A model generated the notes under the pieces. It was not told the origin of the DNA, ran no database searches, and saw only the letters and a list, made by a program, of their open reading frames with translations. Both the position numbers and the translations under genes were made by a program. A stretch of 55,267 bases of DNA, filler included, from Catajapyx aquilonaris (lineage: Eukaryota): NCBI GenBank assembly GCA_000934665.2. It is 2 parts of 2 records of this genome, joined end to end, with 100 filler letters (N's around TTAATTAATTAA, not from the genome) between each part and the next. Parts side by side here need not be neighbours in the genome. Positions count along the whole stretch, not along the records: positions 27,670 to 55,267 come from JYFJ02005042.1; 1 more part is not named here. The stretch is one strand, 5' to 3'. Below are positions 38,923-50,350 of this stretch, piece after piece (positions within the stretch are counted from its first letter, which is position 1; every line of letters begins with the position of its first letter).

Positions 38923-39378
38923 GTATGTGTCGTGGATGTCCAAGTCGTAGCCTCTCTTGTAGAATTCAATGTATCTAATCTCTTTTCCATCCCTACGAAT
39001 GAAGGAATCAGTGGGCCTCAGGTTCCAGTCGATGTACCTAACCCTTGTACATCCTATTGTTATAAGGCGTCAGAACGTATGCATCCGTGACCATATTCAG
39101 CATCTCATCCTGGAAGTTCCCCGTAGTCTGGCACATTACGTATGTCATGACGTCAAGAGCAGTCTGAGTGTGGGGGACATATCTTGGGGAGAGACCGCAG
39201 CAGAGTCACCACCCCACTACCCTCATCCTCGTGGGCTGCTTGCCCACGTGACATGTTTCGCACCTGGCCACTCTTCGAGCCTTTGCCGAAGGATCTGTGA
39301 GTCAGCCAGTGGATTGAAGTAGTATGGTACACCTACTTTGACAATGTTGGCCTTTAAGTTTACTTGCCTTAACCTATT
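38923..39378 (-). pseudogene. PIWI-clade Argonaute fragment (L1 linker + PAZ domain), frameshifted
   Basis: KVGVPYYFNPLADSQILRQRLEEWPG / HEDEG / LCCGLSPRYVPHTQTALDVM...VLTPYNNRMYK / VRYIDWNLRPTDSFIRRDGKEIRYIEFYKRGYDLDIHD. This parallels the Piwi/Aub/Ago3 consensus GRNYxDP..HRLExWPG..LCxDVSHK..TVLD..VLTxYNNxTY..IDW..P.STF...DG.EI.Y.EYYK..Y...I.D. Confidence 0.85.
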
Positions 39379-39394
39379 ACGTGTCACGGTCGCA

Positions 39395-39600
39395 TCGAAA
39401 GGTTCATAATAAGCCTTTCCGATTTGTTCGCCTACTGGAAGTGATGCTTCATGGGGATTCAAGTTCATGACGCGAATAGGTACTTCATTCACGGGATCGG
39501 ATGTCACTAGAGCTCTAGCTACTCCTAACCCGGCTGAGTTGCTTACTCCTTCGATCAATAGTTCCTGTCCTTGGAGATACTCGGGTTTGTGCCTGTGTAC
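39395..39600 (-). pseudogene. Gypsy pol protease-RT spacer fragment
   Basis: GLGVARALVTSDPVNEVPIRVMNLNPHEASLPVGEQIG. Confidence 0.7.
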
Positions 39601-40641
39601 AGTTGCATTGTAATCGACAAACTGGATCAGGTAATTTCCATGAGAATATAATTCCCAGTTTTCAAATTTATTGAAATCTTCACTTTTGACGAAGTCCTTC
39701 AGAGGATAGCCTTATTGGGCCTACTGTCTTTGCAGTATACGTATAATAATTATGCAGTATTCTGTGAAATTATCAAAATATAACTCCCACACGGGGAGAG
39801 TTCATTGTCAAATATTATCTCACACTGACGAATTACTATACATTTCACATAAATTTCAATGCCATGGATGCATTCACCCGGCACAAAATTTCTCCACGCT
39901 TACCTGTTCATTTCGATGATGGCTAGCAGGGGACATCTGATGTAATTGCGATACCTTCTGCTGCATCCTGGGAAACAGCGAAAACTTAGCGTCCTTTTTT
40001 GTCGGTGGTGTCGCAGCTTCGGTATCAGCTGGTTCAGTTGTTGTGGCGTCAGAGGATGCATGTCAGAGCGTCGATGCAGAGCCAGCAAATACGAGCGCAC
40101 CTTCGTATCTACGTCGCGTCGCACAGTGACCTAGATTCGTAAAATCCTGGCCAAAATGTTATTTATCAGCGTGGAAAAATCAAAATAACTTCTAGGGGGT
40201 TTACTAGTCGCTGAACACGAATTTGAAGTCAAAAATTGTCAAATTGATCGGTGTACACGTGCAGGATTGGACAAAATAATAGGTTCCCCCTGCGAAAAGG
40301 GACTGTAACTTCGAGTCAGCTGATGCAGTTGGTTCAGCAGTAGCAGTTTTGGATGCCATGTACTCTGCAAGGATTAAAATATAACTGTACAAGGTGCGCC
40401 AACTTTAATAATCATTTAAGTTCATCAATTGACGTATGCCATGCATTCCAAAAGTAGTTTTCCAGTTTAGACATGGAAAAGCCTAAATTTTGTGTGTAAA
40501 ATGAGATTCGTCGGAAATAAATTTTACACATTACTATGTTACATACGCCCAAGTTTTTCTTTTGAAGAGGTGAATATACTTATAACTGCCACCTGCCATG
40601 TGGCAGGTATACCAACTATATACAAAGACATTATTGCCTTA

Positions 40642-40871
40642 ACCGCATACGACCTCATATTGGTCCGCTTTTAGATTTATAACTCTTCATTATGTGCCTC
40701 TTGATATTAAATCAACACAGTTTATTGAAATTCCTCTCGCCAGCACTCGACGGTGCCGCCTAGTGGCGCCGCGTAGTGGTCGGCAGCCAAACACGTTGAC
40801 TAAACAACTGGCCAAAAAGTGGCGACGCTTGGAAATCGTTTTTTCCACTCTTCCTAGTATTAAGCTCTTTG
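40642..40871 (-). mobile_element. Solo end of a P-like element (same family as 50490-51400)
   Basis: Near-identical to 51171-51400; ends in TTTTCCACTCTTCCTAGTATTAAGCTCTTTG. Confidence 0.85.
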
Positions 40872-40884
40872 CTCTGAACATTAT

Positions 40885-41100
40885 GGAATAGAATTTAGTG
40901 TCTCCTCGATGCATTGCCTGCATCTAAATAGGAAGCATCACGACCAGATGGGAATGTATATTGGTACTTCTTCAACTTTTCCAAATTACATGCGACTGAC
41001 TGATAACCTTTATTACGCAGGGCTGTACTTGGATTCTTCGCAGGACATGTCAATACCCCCTCCTCCTCCTTGACGGATGCAGCACTTGTCCCAGTCAAGT
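40885..41100 (-). pseudogene. Academ-like transposase N-terminal fragment
   Basis: DWDKCCI.Q / EEGVLTCP...GYQSVACNL...LDAGN / IEETL. Confidence 0.6.
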
Positions 41101-41589
41101 CCCTCAGAAGCAGAAACTGTCCCCAGAGAAGTGCAATCTTCCCGAGTCACTTTCACCTTCTTTTAGACCATTATTTCCAAAGAAGCTTAACCAGCGGAAG
41201 AAATTGATCTATAAATTGGGTAAAAGGAACAAAATTCGAAATGAATTATTGGTCACCTGATGAAAACACGCGTGCTGTAAGAACTTCCATTCCCTCTACG
41301 CCTCTACGTGAACAGATTAGCGCAAACGGAGTGACAAGTAACATATAATCATGTACTTACCTACAAAAACCAGATTGTGGAGATAACTGCATCACACCGA
41401 ACATCAATTGGCACGAATGCCAGAATGCAATTGCTACGTCTAGAGCCACTGCCTCACACCTTCCCCGCCTTAATAGTTTGATTGCTCTGAGGCAAAAGGC
41501 ATGTCACCACCCAAAGACATGCATGAGTCACTTCCTACTACATAACAGGGGACTTCCTCTTTCGTCATTGCAAGCTTGTTGCCTGAGCT

Positions 41590-42081
41590 TGGTCGCGGAA
41601 ACCCTTGAGGAGGATACGGGAAAGCTTTGATTCTTGAGACCATCGTATTCACATCATCTTCCAGATCGGTGAGGAAGCGGACAATACAGTCGGCCCCTCC
41701 ACACGTGTTGAATTTTACAACGGTTGTGTCCGGACCAATTATCACATATGCAAAGCCACAGGGGATATGTTTTAGAGAGTTGTCCTCCTCCATAATGCAC
41801 TCAAAGTCTGCGTATACTACGTAAGGTCGGCTCAACGTTTTCTTAATATTCCTAAAATGCACATGAATATTCTCCCCTTCCGGCATCTTAACAGTTTGGA
41901 CTTTCCCTCCTGGAATGGTGAACACTGCCCCATGCGCATGCAACCGTTCCTCCTTTGTAAATCTGCCGGTGCAGAATTTACAGAAATATTGCTTAGATAT
42001 CCCCTTCCCAACACCACACCGCAGTAAGGCACTTACATTAGTTATGGCAACATAGTGGCGCTTCTCCCCCTGGTGCAGCAA
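41590..42081 (-). pseudogene. Maverick/Polinton protein-primed DNA polymerase B, N-terminal fragment
   Basis: HYVAITNVSALL...FCKFC..RF...LHAH...VKMP...F.N.KK...PYVVYADFEC...HIPCGFAY (Exo I region). Confidence 0.85.
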
Positions 42082-42109
42082 GAGGAGGTCTCCCGAAACC
42101 TGTTGCCAC

Positions 42110-42190
42110 GTCGGCCCACTTGGTACACACTTTCGGCAGGACCAGAAGTCTCTCGTTCAAGTTGAGGTATGAGAAAATGTGCTCCTGACA
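42110..42190 (-). pseudogene. F-box motif fragment
   Basis: EHIFSYLNLNERLLVLPKVCTKWADVA. Confidence 0.75.
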
Positions 42191-42269
42191 GTCTTGTGCT
42201 AGAATACCGTTGAATAGGTCTTCCGTCGTGGTCGCAGGTAACTGTAGCGGTACGATTGGGGCAGCCATT

Positions 42270-43562
42270 CTTAGATGGGGATACTACTCTATGGCTGTCA
42301 AATTTCAAGACGCAATACTCATTTCCTGCCTGTTCGAACAAATCATTGAACTTGTCGGTCCAATCCTTCAGTCGACAAGCATGAGGGGCATGCAGCTTCT
42401 TCCATTCCTCCCGAGTCAATGTGAATATAAATTTGAGCTGTATTCCCAGTCTCTTGGTTCGTTCGGTAGGAACAGCTTCCTTCAAACTTGTGAGGGTAGG
42501 TCTCTTACGAGTCGTTTTGATGGGCGTGGAAACAACAATATCAACGTCTTCGTCAGCAGTGACGTCACTCGCGCTAGGGGATGGTGACTCGGGCTTCTTC
42601 TGTTGCAACGCCACAACTCCAGTAACACTGTTGTAATGGTTTCCAGTGTAGAAAAGCCTTATGGTCTGAGTAGGGGCAATGGTGTGTACTGCACCGTTGA
42701 AGTGGTTTACTTCCATGGCAGCGGCAAGAACCTCTGCTGCCGCGGCTATGTATTCGGCGCCGCCCCATTTGTTTTCGCAGGCGATATCGGCCATGTACGC
42801 TGCAATTTGGACGTCTTCATCAGGCGACATATCATCGTGACGCAGGTCTCCATACTTGCATGCATGGTCGTCTTCTTTTGCGGCCAGTATTTCACTCTTC
42901 ATGGTGTCCGTATAGCGTTCTAGGTTCTCCCATACGCGATCAGTCACCTGGTTGCGAATTGCCTTACTGAATTCGCAGTTGTTAGGGAACCTAGCTTCGT
43001 CTCCGTAAACCTGATGTGCCAGGGCATGAAAGAGGCACCCACCGTCGCTCGGGACTATCACCTGTGTGATAAGTCGGTGAGCGATGGGCAATATGAGAGT
43101 TGACCCTTCGTCAGCTGTCCACACTTTCATTTTCAAATCATCACGCAGGTGCACGTCCAGCAGTGGTTTTGTTACTAGGGACACCTTCGTCAACGGAGAC
43201 CCGCCGTCAGGTATGCTTTGAAGTTCAGCAGCACCGCTGATACTACGCTGCCTTTTCTCCTGACGCTGCTGAATGTGGTTATTGTCATCGTGAGAGTCAC
43301 TTGTGACATCGTGTTGTGGAACATCGTCTTGTTCGACGTTCAATGTGAGATGATCCTCTACAAGATGGTCGGTAGGGTTGTCATGTTCAACATCACCTTG
43401 TAGAAGGTCTTGTTGCACGTGAACCTGCAGAGGCTCTTCCCGCACAACATCTGCTTGCTTTTCCTCGCCGTACAGTATGGCTTTCTCTGCAATCTGTCTC
43501 TCCAACTCACTCGCGAAGACGTCCTTCTTGTACCAGAATTGATTATAACAATAGCGCGACAC
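42270..43562 (-). pseudogene. OTU-like cysteine protease domain followed by a NOF-FB-like (MULE) segment
   Basis: VPSDGGCLFHALAHQVYG...WGG.E.I.AA...LFYTGNHYNSV (D/C/H catalytic residues present); then FTLTREEWKKL...DWTDKFN...CVLKF, resembling NOF-type Mutator proteins. Confidence 0.75.
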
Positions 43563-43769
43563 CTAAGTGAGCTTGTCACCCATTTACAGCCCACTAGCAG
43601 AGTTCTGGCGAGACTCATCCAGAAGGAGTTTTCACCACCCCTCACCTGCTTACAGTGTTCATCGGTAGGTACCACTCCGCCTGTCACCTCAATAACACCC
43701 GTCACTATAGAAGGGATACCGAAACCTGCATATTTAGTTGGGGGTCCAGGATTGCTCTCTACCCCAGCT

Positions 43770-44300
43770 GTGATAACAACAGCTGCTGCACAACGCGGTT
43801 GGTATGACCTCTTCAGGGAAAAGTTCACCCTCTTACCCCCAATCATCTTCGCAACCTTGAAGTTAAAGTGTTCTACTGCATTGTTGTCGTAGTCACAGAG
43901 GAGACTCCTGCTGGGCTGCTGTGGTCCATTAGAGTGTCAATTAAGTCCATTAGTGATGTGTAGATCGAACACTCCTTCAGCTCGGGCACCCAGTTTTTTT
44001 CTCCGTCCTTTGGACCAGGGCAGAAATTGCCCGTTTCCGCACACTTCAAGTGCTGACCAAATACATGGCTAGGGCCATTTAGTAGGTCAAGCCTCAGGGC
44101 CTGGATGTTTTGATACATGGGTCCTGGTGCATCTTTTCGATGTTTTATGGCCCCAGTCACAGCTCGTCGGAGACGCAAAATCTTTCCGCCCACGACCTGT
44201 CGGAGACGCAGAGGTCCCAATTTAGTCTTGCCAACAAGGTCTCTCAGTTTGGTACATTAATTTCGTAGCAGGTGGTTTCTGCATTCAATGATCTCGACTG
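43770..44300 (-). pseudogene. Kolobok-like ('Mutator-like') transposase fragment
   Basis: ECRNHLLRN; LDLLNGPSHVFGQH.KC; NNAVEHFNFKVAKMIGGKRVNFSLKRSYQPRCAAAVV. Confidence 0.75.
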
Positions 44301-44789
44301 TTAGGGCATCATACTTTTTGACATAGTCATCATAAACATAGATCCATAAATCCCCCCTGGGCACCAATTCTACCATGCCAGAACTTTGGTCGGGGGGAAA
44401 ACTATACTATGCATCTACCTTGTAGTTGTAAAGAGATCCAGCGTTTGAAGGTGCCTGCATAATGTTTCCCGTCCACCGAACCGGCACAGTTAGGGAAGTT
44501 CCAGAACCTCCAAAAATCGTGGGCAATGGCCTCGTCCCCTTTATCATCAGGTTCCTGCCAAAAAATACGTGATAACCTTCAATATGTTTTCTAGGAATAT
44601 ACCGGTATACTGAGGATAACGTGCCATATGGCTCAAGTAACCCTTCATGTAGAGGGGTTGTAAGGTGTCCCAAATCAGTGGGGCCATGAAGTGCACAATT
44701 GTTGGAACACCTTGATTTCGTAATCTGTTGTGACCCACCCACCATTTCTTTGGGTAACCCAGACCCATCCCAGAATTGACTTGACTGAT

Positions 44790-44930
44790 TCAATTTCACG
44801 TATTCAGCAACAGAAAATGACATGGTGACAAAATTGAAATTCTTCATCTTTGCCACTGCATTTTTTCCTTCAAGCCTCATTGTCCAATGATGTTTCGTTG
44901 GGCCGTGTTTTTCCATTTGCTCCACAACAT
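44790..44930 (-). pseudogene. EnSpm/CMC transposase C-terminal fragment
   Basis: HGPTKHHWTMRLEGKNAVAK..NF.. matches the GPL..W.MRFE.KH motif. Confidence 0.7.
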
Positions 44931-45029
44931 GGGGTTAGGTTTTCACTGCCACACAGTAATGCACCTTTGAAAGGTGAATTGTTTTTTAAACCCCTACTCT
45001 GTCCCTCCATTGTGACAAAAGAGAGCCGA

Positions 45030-45690
45030 AGTGTCAAACACTTCTGGAGTAATGATCAAGCGGACAGTCCTGCCTTTCTTTCCTGTGATTTGGACCAGTT
45101 TCATCATTTCACATAATTTTCGTTCTAAATCTGATGGGGCTGAACGAAACAATGATGTGTTGCCTTCATCCCACTTCGGAGTGGCTTTTTATTGAAGGTT
45201 ATAATTCTGGTTAGGGTGACTTCTGCCAGCTCTGTCCAAGACTTTTTGCTTGGATCTGCAATCAATCGTGACTTTGAATTTTCAATCTGATCCAGCTGAT
45301 ATTTCACTAGTTTTTCTAGGTCGTCAGGTGCAGGAAGAACTTCCATTTTGTTTTGCTTCCTCTTACTTTGATAAATGAATCAGGGGACGTCTGGGATCCA
45401 ATGGTAATTAAATTACTTCATTTCTGTTTAACTTGTATTGCTGCATATGAATGTCACAACCCCATTGCACCTTACAGCTGTTTCGCGTTGTACGCTCATC
45501 AGAGGTGCTATACCATAAGGGCTGAAACAATACATGTACATTACAATATTGCAAGAGCATTTCATATTGCTATGAGGTTTAGTCGCGAGTCTCCTACTAC
45601 AATTTCGAACACAGTGTCGTCCTTCATTTTGCTAATGATCTCGTCCAAAAATCTCGTGCTTAAGTCTGGGCAGCTGGAATGATATAGTAG
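45030..45690 (-). pseudogene. Crypton-like tyrosine recombinase fragments
   Basis: IISKMKDDTVFEIV.GD; LPAPDDLEKL...WTELAEVTLTRIITFNKK; MKLVQITGKKGRTVRLIIT. Confidence 0.65.
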
Positions 45691-45729
45691 TGTCACCAAA
45701 TGTGAACACAAATAAATACCACAAATGGG

Positions 45730-46400
45730 TTCGTTTCAAGTCCTGAGTTTATTCGAGCGGTAAATAGGGCAAGGTAAAAGAGGAGAGAGGGATAGTCAGG
45801 TGTAGGTGAGTTAGGTGTTAGATCCATACAATCGTAACAGGATCAATAGTGGGACAGGTGACCTCCATTAAAGGAGGGTGGCACAGCTGTCCATGACACA
45901 ATAGAGGGATATTCTCCCTCCACGCATCCGATCAGTCCAAGGGGTCAAGCCCCGAGGTAAAGGCCTCGAGCGTAGGCAGCTGGTGGTTTATATACAACTT
46001 CAGGATCAGTCACAATGCATGGGGGCGCTCTGGCTGCTCGTTGCGGCTCCGTGTGCGGGACGCTTAGATGTGCCGGGGTGTCGAGCCGGGGAGTGGCGTC
46101 TCCCAGACGATTCAGCTGCACAGGCGTGGTCCTCTGGCCTCCTCCCAGGGTGTCTGAGGCAACGGCAGCACTTGGGCAACGTGCGCTTGATGGAAATGTT
46201 GTGGATCCTCTGAAGGTGGCGTTTCAGAAGGGCCTTGGCTGCTCCGAAGAGACGGCTGGTGGAGGTGAAGTCACAACCCTCCTCTGGACAACGAGTGGGG
46301 TTAGGAAGGGGGATGAACAGAGTCAGGGAACCCATGTGACTTATTATGAGCTGACGGGAGGGGGGCCCACGGTCAGGGGGGCCAGGAGGCGACTGGACAG
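45730..46400 (-). mobile_element. R2-superfamily (Utopia/NeSL-like) non-LTR remnant: N-terminal zinc finger joined to a 3' UTR-like tail
   Basis: LFIPLPNPTRCPEEGC...LLKRHLQRIH...CCRC...HAC, then pyrimidine-rich non-coding sequence with AATAAA near 45750. Confidence 0.55.
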
Positions 46401-46959
46401 TTGGGTATGGTCTCTCCCCGCTCGCAAGAGACTGTGGAGGCGACGGGTCAATATGCGGAGAACATGGGGACGATCCCGAGGAGTCGAGAGCGTCTGTGGC
46501 GGGTGAAGGTGCGACGCCGCCACCCTCCGCTGCTGGGCTGGCTGACTCCGGACCCGACGACTGCGCTGGACCCAACAGGCCGGGTGACCCCAGTACAGCG
46601 GAGGGGAGCAGGCAGAGGTGGGTGTCATGGTCAGGGCCCGAGGAAGTTGAAAGAGACTGATGTCGATGAGTTGTCCAGGTCGGAGAAACTTGCTGTCCTC
46701 CAGGTGCGGGTTGTATGCAGAAGAGGGGCAGGAGGCATGCCGGCTGGCCACGACGCACAGTAGGACGAATACGGAAAAACGCGAACGAATATCATATCGC
46801 CTGAACCAAGCCATAATTGTAGTGTGAAATAGTCTTCCTATATGTTTTCCATGACGCTGAATCCGATTTTGAGGTCGATTAGGTGGTAATTTTAAAAGCT
46901 ACAAAGTTGTGAATAAGGTACTGTTTGTTATTTCATGAATAAGAAATGCATTTTATATT

Positions 46960-47640
46960 TCAATCTTCTTCAGAGTCAGGCCCAGTGTTATTTGTTGTAA
47001 GTAAACACAATACATCCCCATCAAGAATTTGCCCCCCTCCCCCCTCCCGTTCGTCTGCATAAGAGCTAAGCTTTGGGTCTGAGCTGAGAAGTCTGTGAAA
47101 CAGGTCTTCATTCAAGTTCAACCGAGAACTTTTCCGCGTGTGGTGTTCGCGATACTGCCTCACGACTTTGTTCTTCGCCTCCTGTGCCTCCTCCGATAGT
47201 TCCCCTATTGGCAACAAAGCGGATTAGATGACGGCTGACCCATGAATGAGGATTTTATGGACGGTGGTTGGCATGAAATACCAGCCATACAGCTCAACAT
47301 ATTTTTTGGCAGTAGCCAGGCAATACTGGTCAAATTCTTCGACCTTGATTTGACATCCGCTGTTCAGAGCCTTCAAAATGACACCAAATCTTCGAATAAG
47401 TTCTTCATCTATTCCTGAGTAAGAAAGTTTTGCAATTAGGAAAATGGCATTGCCTGTAGTGCATTCCCGTTCAGACTTACCAGTTATTTCGGATGCTACT
47501 TTGGCATCAGAAAAAAAGTTCCTGGCTGTATTGCCATTGTTGGATGTGCCATAACCTGGTATTGGCACATCCACAATCAGGCCCATTTCATCTCGAAATT
47601 TCTATTGGATTTCTTTTTTCCGGGCTTCAAAACTCTCTCT
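46960..47640 (-). pseudogene. Transib transposase C-terminal fragment with a retained 66-bp intron (47415-47480)
   Basis: GLIVDVP..GYGTSNNGNTARNFF...EITG|IDEELIRRF...YGWYFMPTTVHKILIHG; LPIGELSEEAQEAKNK...HHTRKSSR...DLFHRLL.SDP. Confidence 0.92.
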
Positions 47641-48089
47641 GTCACCATTGGAAACCTATCATGAGCACAAAAGTGACTAAATAAAGCAATCAACTTTAAT
47701 ATCTCCTGTTCAGCGATTGTAGGTGCTTGCGCGAGCGCCCCTCCCCCCCCCCCTCACATTCTCTCTCCTCCGCTCCTCCCCGACCGGGAAATTTGGCCAC
47801 CTCAAATTATAATAATTAGTGTTTAGTGTTTGGCAGATTTACTATTGCATTTACTCACCTGCTTAGTTTCTGTTCACACTTGTCCCATGACTGTCATCAC
47901 TCGCACCACCTGCACTGCTCATTGATGCCGACTGATCTCCATCTAGGACTTATAGGTGCAGAATATGTTCATCTTCATCTCGATGACTAACAGCAACAAC
48001 TTCCTCCCGTCTGGAACAGAAATAGGGATTGAGACACCAGAATATGGTGACCGACACATAATTTCATTTTCATCATCGCCCCCGGAGGG

Positions 48090-48380
48090 GTCCGGTACCG
48101 GGTCTCTTGGATAGTTTCCTTTTTTGGCCAAAATACCCAGTTGTGTCTGGAAGTGTATACGAGCTCCAAGACTTGGTGAAATACATACCCACAAGTTGTT
48201 GAGTGACAGCCAATAAAAAACAGATAGAGCAGAAAATGTTACTCCTAATCGCATTCTCATTACGTAAGAACAACAACTTATTTTCTCTGGTCATGCCATG
48301 CGTGTCTTTGAGGGATGAAGAAATGAGTGTCAATAATGTGGTGAACGTGACAAGTGTAAAGTCACTGCCTATTGGAAATG
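48090..48380 (-). pseudogene. ISL2EU/IS5-like (HTH_Tnp_4-type) transposase fragment
   Basis: MTRENKLLFL / MRMRLGVTFSALSVF / WVFWPKKETIQET. Confidence 0.7.
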
Positions 48381-50350
48381 TGTAATAAAATTGTCAAATA
48401 TTCCTCGATTTTTATGAAACAAGTTTTATTCTGTACCTTACAATGGGAGAATTTAAACTCCCGCCAGTATGCAACTCCACGGCCCCAGGTGGCAGCAGCA
48501 GTCCCGATACCAGTAAATATGGCGCAGCTGGCGTCCCGTTTGCTGGTGTCGGATTCCTCGCACCCTTTCTTGGGATAGCCCCTCCCACTCCGACGTCATG
48601 ACAGTTAGCTCCTCCCCCTATGACGTCAGGGCATTGCACTGTAGCAGGTGAGTGATAGCCAAGGAACGCAGGCTCATCTTCGGGGCGCATAAAGTCACCA
48701 TTGCCGCCATTTAGAGGCATACATCATGCAGGAGGCATGTGGCACCATGGGGAACTCAACCCATCAGGTGAGACCCAGAGTAATCCCAGTGCAGTGTATA
48801 AACCAGGAACTCACTGGTGAGAACTTGCTTCCTACAGCTGCCAGCGTCGGCCAGACTCCAGGCCATGAGCCCACTCCAGCTACTCCAGCCAAAATATGTA
48901 ATAGATTATGCCCTTCAGATCGGGTGTAAGTTTAACATATTGAGAGAAAAACCTAGGCAATGGAAGTATAGCAGGTACTCTGACATCTAGTTACTTTACA
49001 TACATACTTACATACGTGCCCCCTGCCCTTTCAACGGATAACCTCATATATAATCCAATGCAAATGCAAATGAAAGACAACTCAGTGTATATATTTCACC
49101 TTAACTCGTTTACAAATAATCTCAGCAAAGCAAATGAAGTGTACTTCCAGCGAGGCGGAAAATATCAAAATTCTCCTTACTATACCTTAACACAGAGCTT
49201 AACACAGAGTATGAAGAAGAAAAATCAACAACTTTTTCTGATGATTAAGGACATAGATCAATTTATGCTCCTGATATTAGAACTCCACATGGAGGAACCA
49301 GACACTGGGGAAGACTGCTCACTTCACTTTGCAAAGAATTTGTAATACAGGTTAGTTACTTTGCTGAGTGAGTCTTCCCCAGTGCCTGTCCCTTACTCAC
49401 ACAAAAGGCGAGGTCATGCGGGGCTTTCCTCTTTCTGGGAAAACCCTGGGAGGTCACTCTTTGGGAGTACCCATGCTCGGCTGTGTAGCTGGATGCCGGT
49501 GGGCGCCCAGCTCCCACAGCTCTGCGACCTCCCAGGGTTCTCTGCCCCACCATCCTTCTCCTGCTGATTGCGGTTGGCTGCACATGTATGTACTTTGAAT
49601 GCTTCTTGGCGTGCCCTCCACCTGAATAGCAACCAAAACTTGCTAATGCTGAGGCTTTGGCAGCTGTTGTTTTCAATGATTTGTACCGCTGCACAAATTT
49701 CCTCGCTGACGGAGACAGCTGATCATAATCCTTGGCAAGCGTGCACCGTAAGTCATTCACTTTTTCATCAAGATCATCTAAATCCTCTTGCAACTTATCA
49801 TCTGGGGGCAGTATTTCTGGGACCCCATGAGTGGGTGACAGACAGTGTTCTTGACCTGCAGTCTGGGAAGACGACGAGGTGGAAGGCATCATCTCCACAT
49901 CACCACTCTGTGGTGCATTTTCCAAACTGTCATACCAGCCTGCTTGTACATCCTCATTGCCTACAGCTATGAAATGATAAACTAGCTTTTCCCTTGGGTG
50001 GGTGGGGAGAAATTGCATCGAAAATATGTTTGCATGCTTATATACTGCATACTGGTGGTTACAAGCCCCTCCATTATAGCCTATTGGGCAGCTACAACTC
50101 CAAGATTGCACGTCTACAGAATACTCTGTACCAGTCTGCAAATTTTGTACTTTGTACATGTCTGTACCAGATATTTTGGAAGAATTCTACCATACCTAGT
50201 TGGTCATGATATAAAAATTATGTGGCAAGTTATGTGTTGCATAAGGGTTGGCTGATACTCTCACATAAATAGTGCCAATTCAAAGATCATGGCAGTCAGT
50301 TGAATATTGGAACTTGACCGTGACGTAATAGTTTCGCTTACCAACTCCTA

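Noticed and set aside
42042..43562. Single functional 506-aa protein
   Set aside because: The 3' end runs out of frame through F-box and Maverick pieces and the start is a non-ATG call; it is a chimeric open frame.
41470..43562. Intact Maverick/Polinton or endogenous virus
   Set aside because: Only the N-terminal PolB piece is present; no integrase, ATPase, capsid or TIRs seen.
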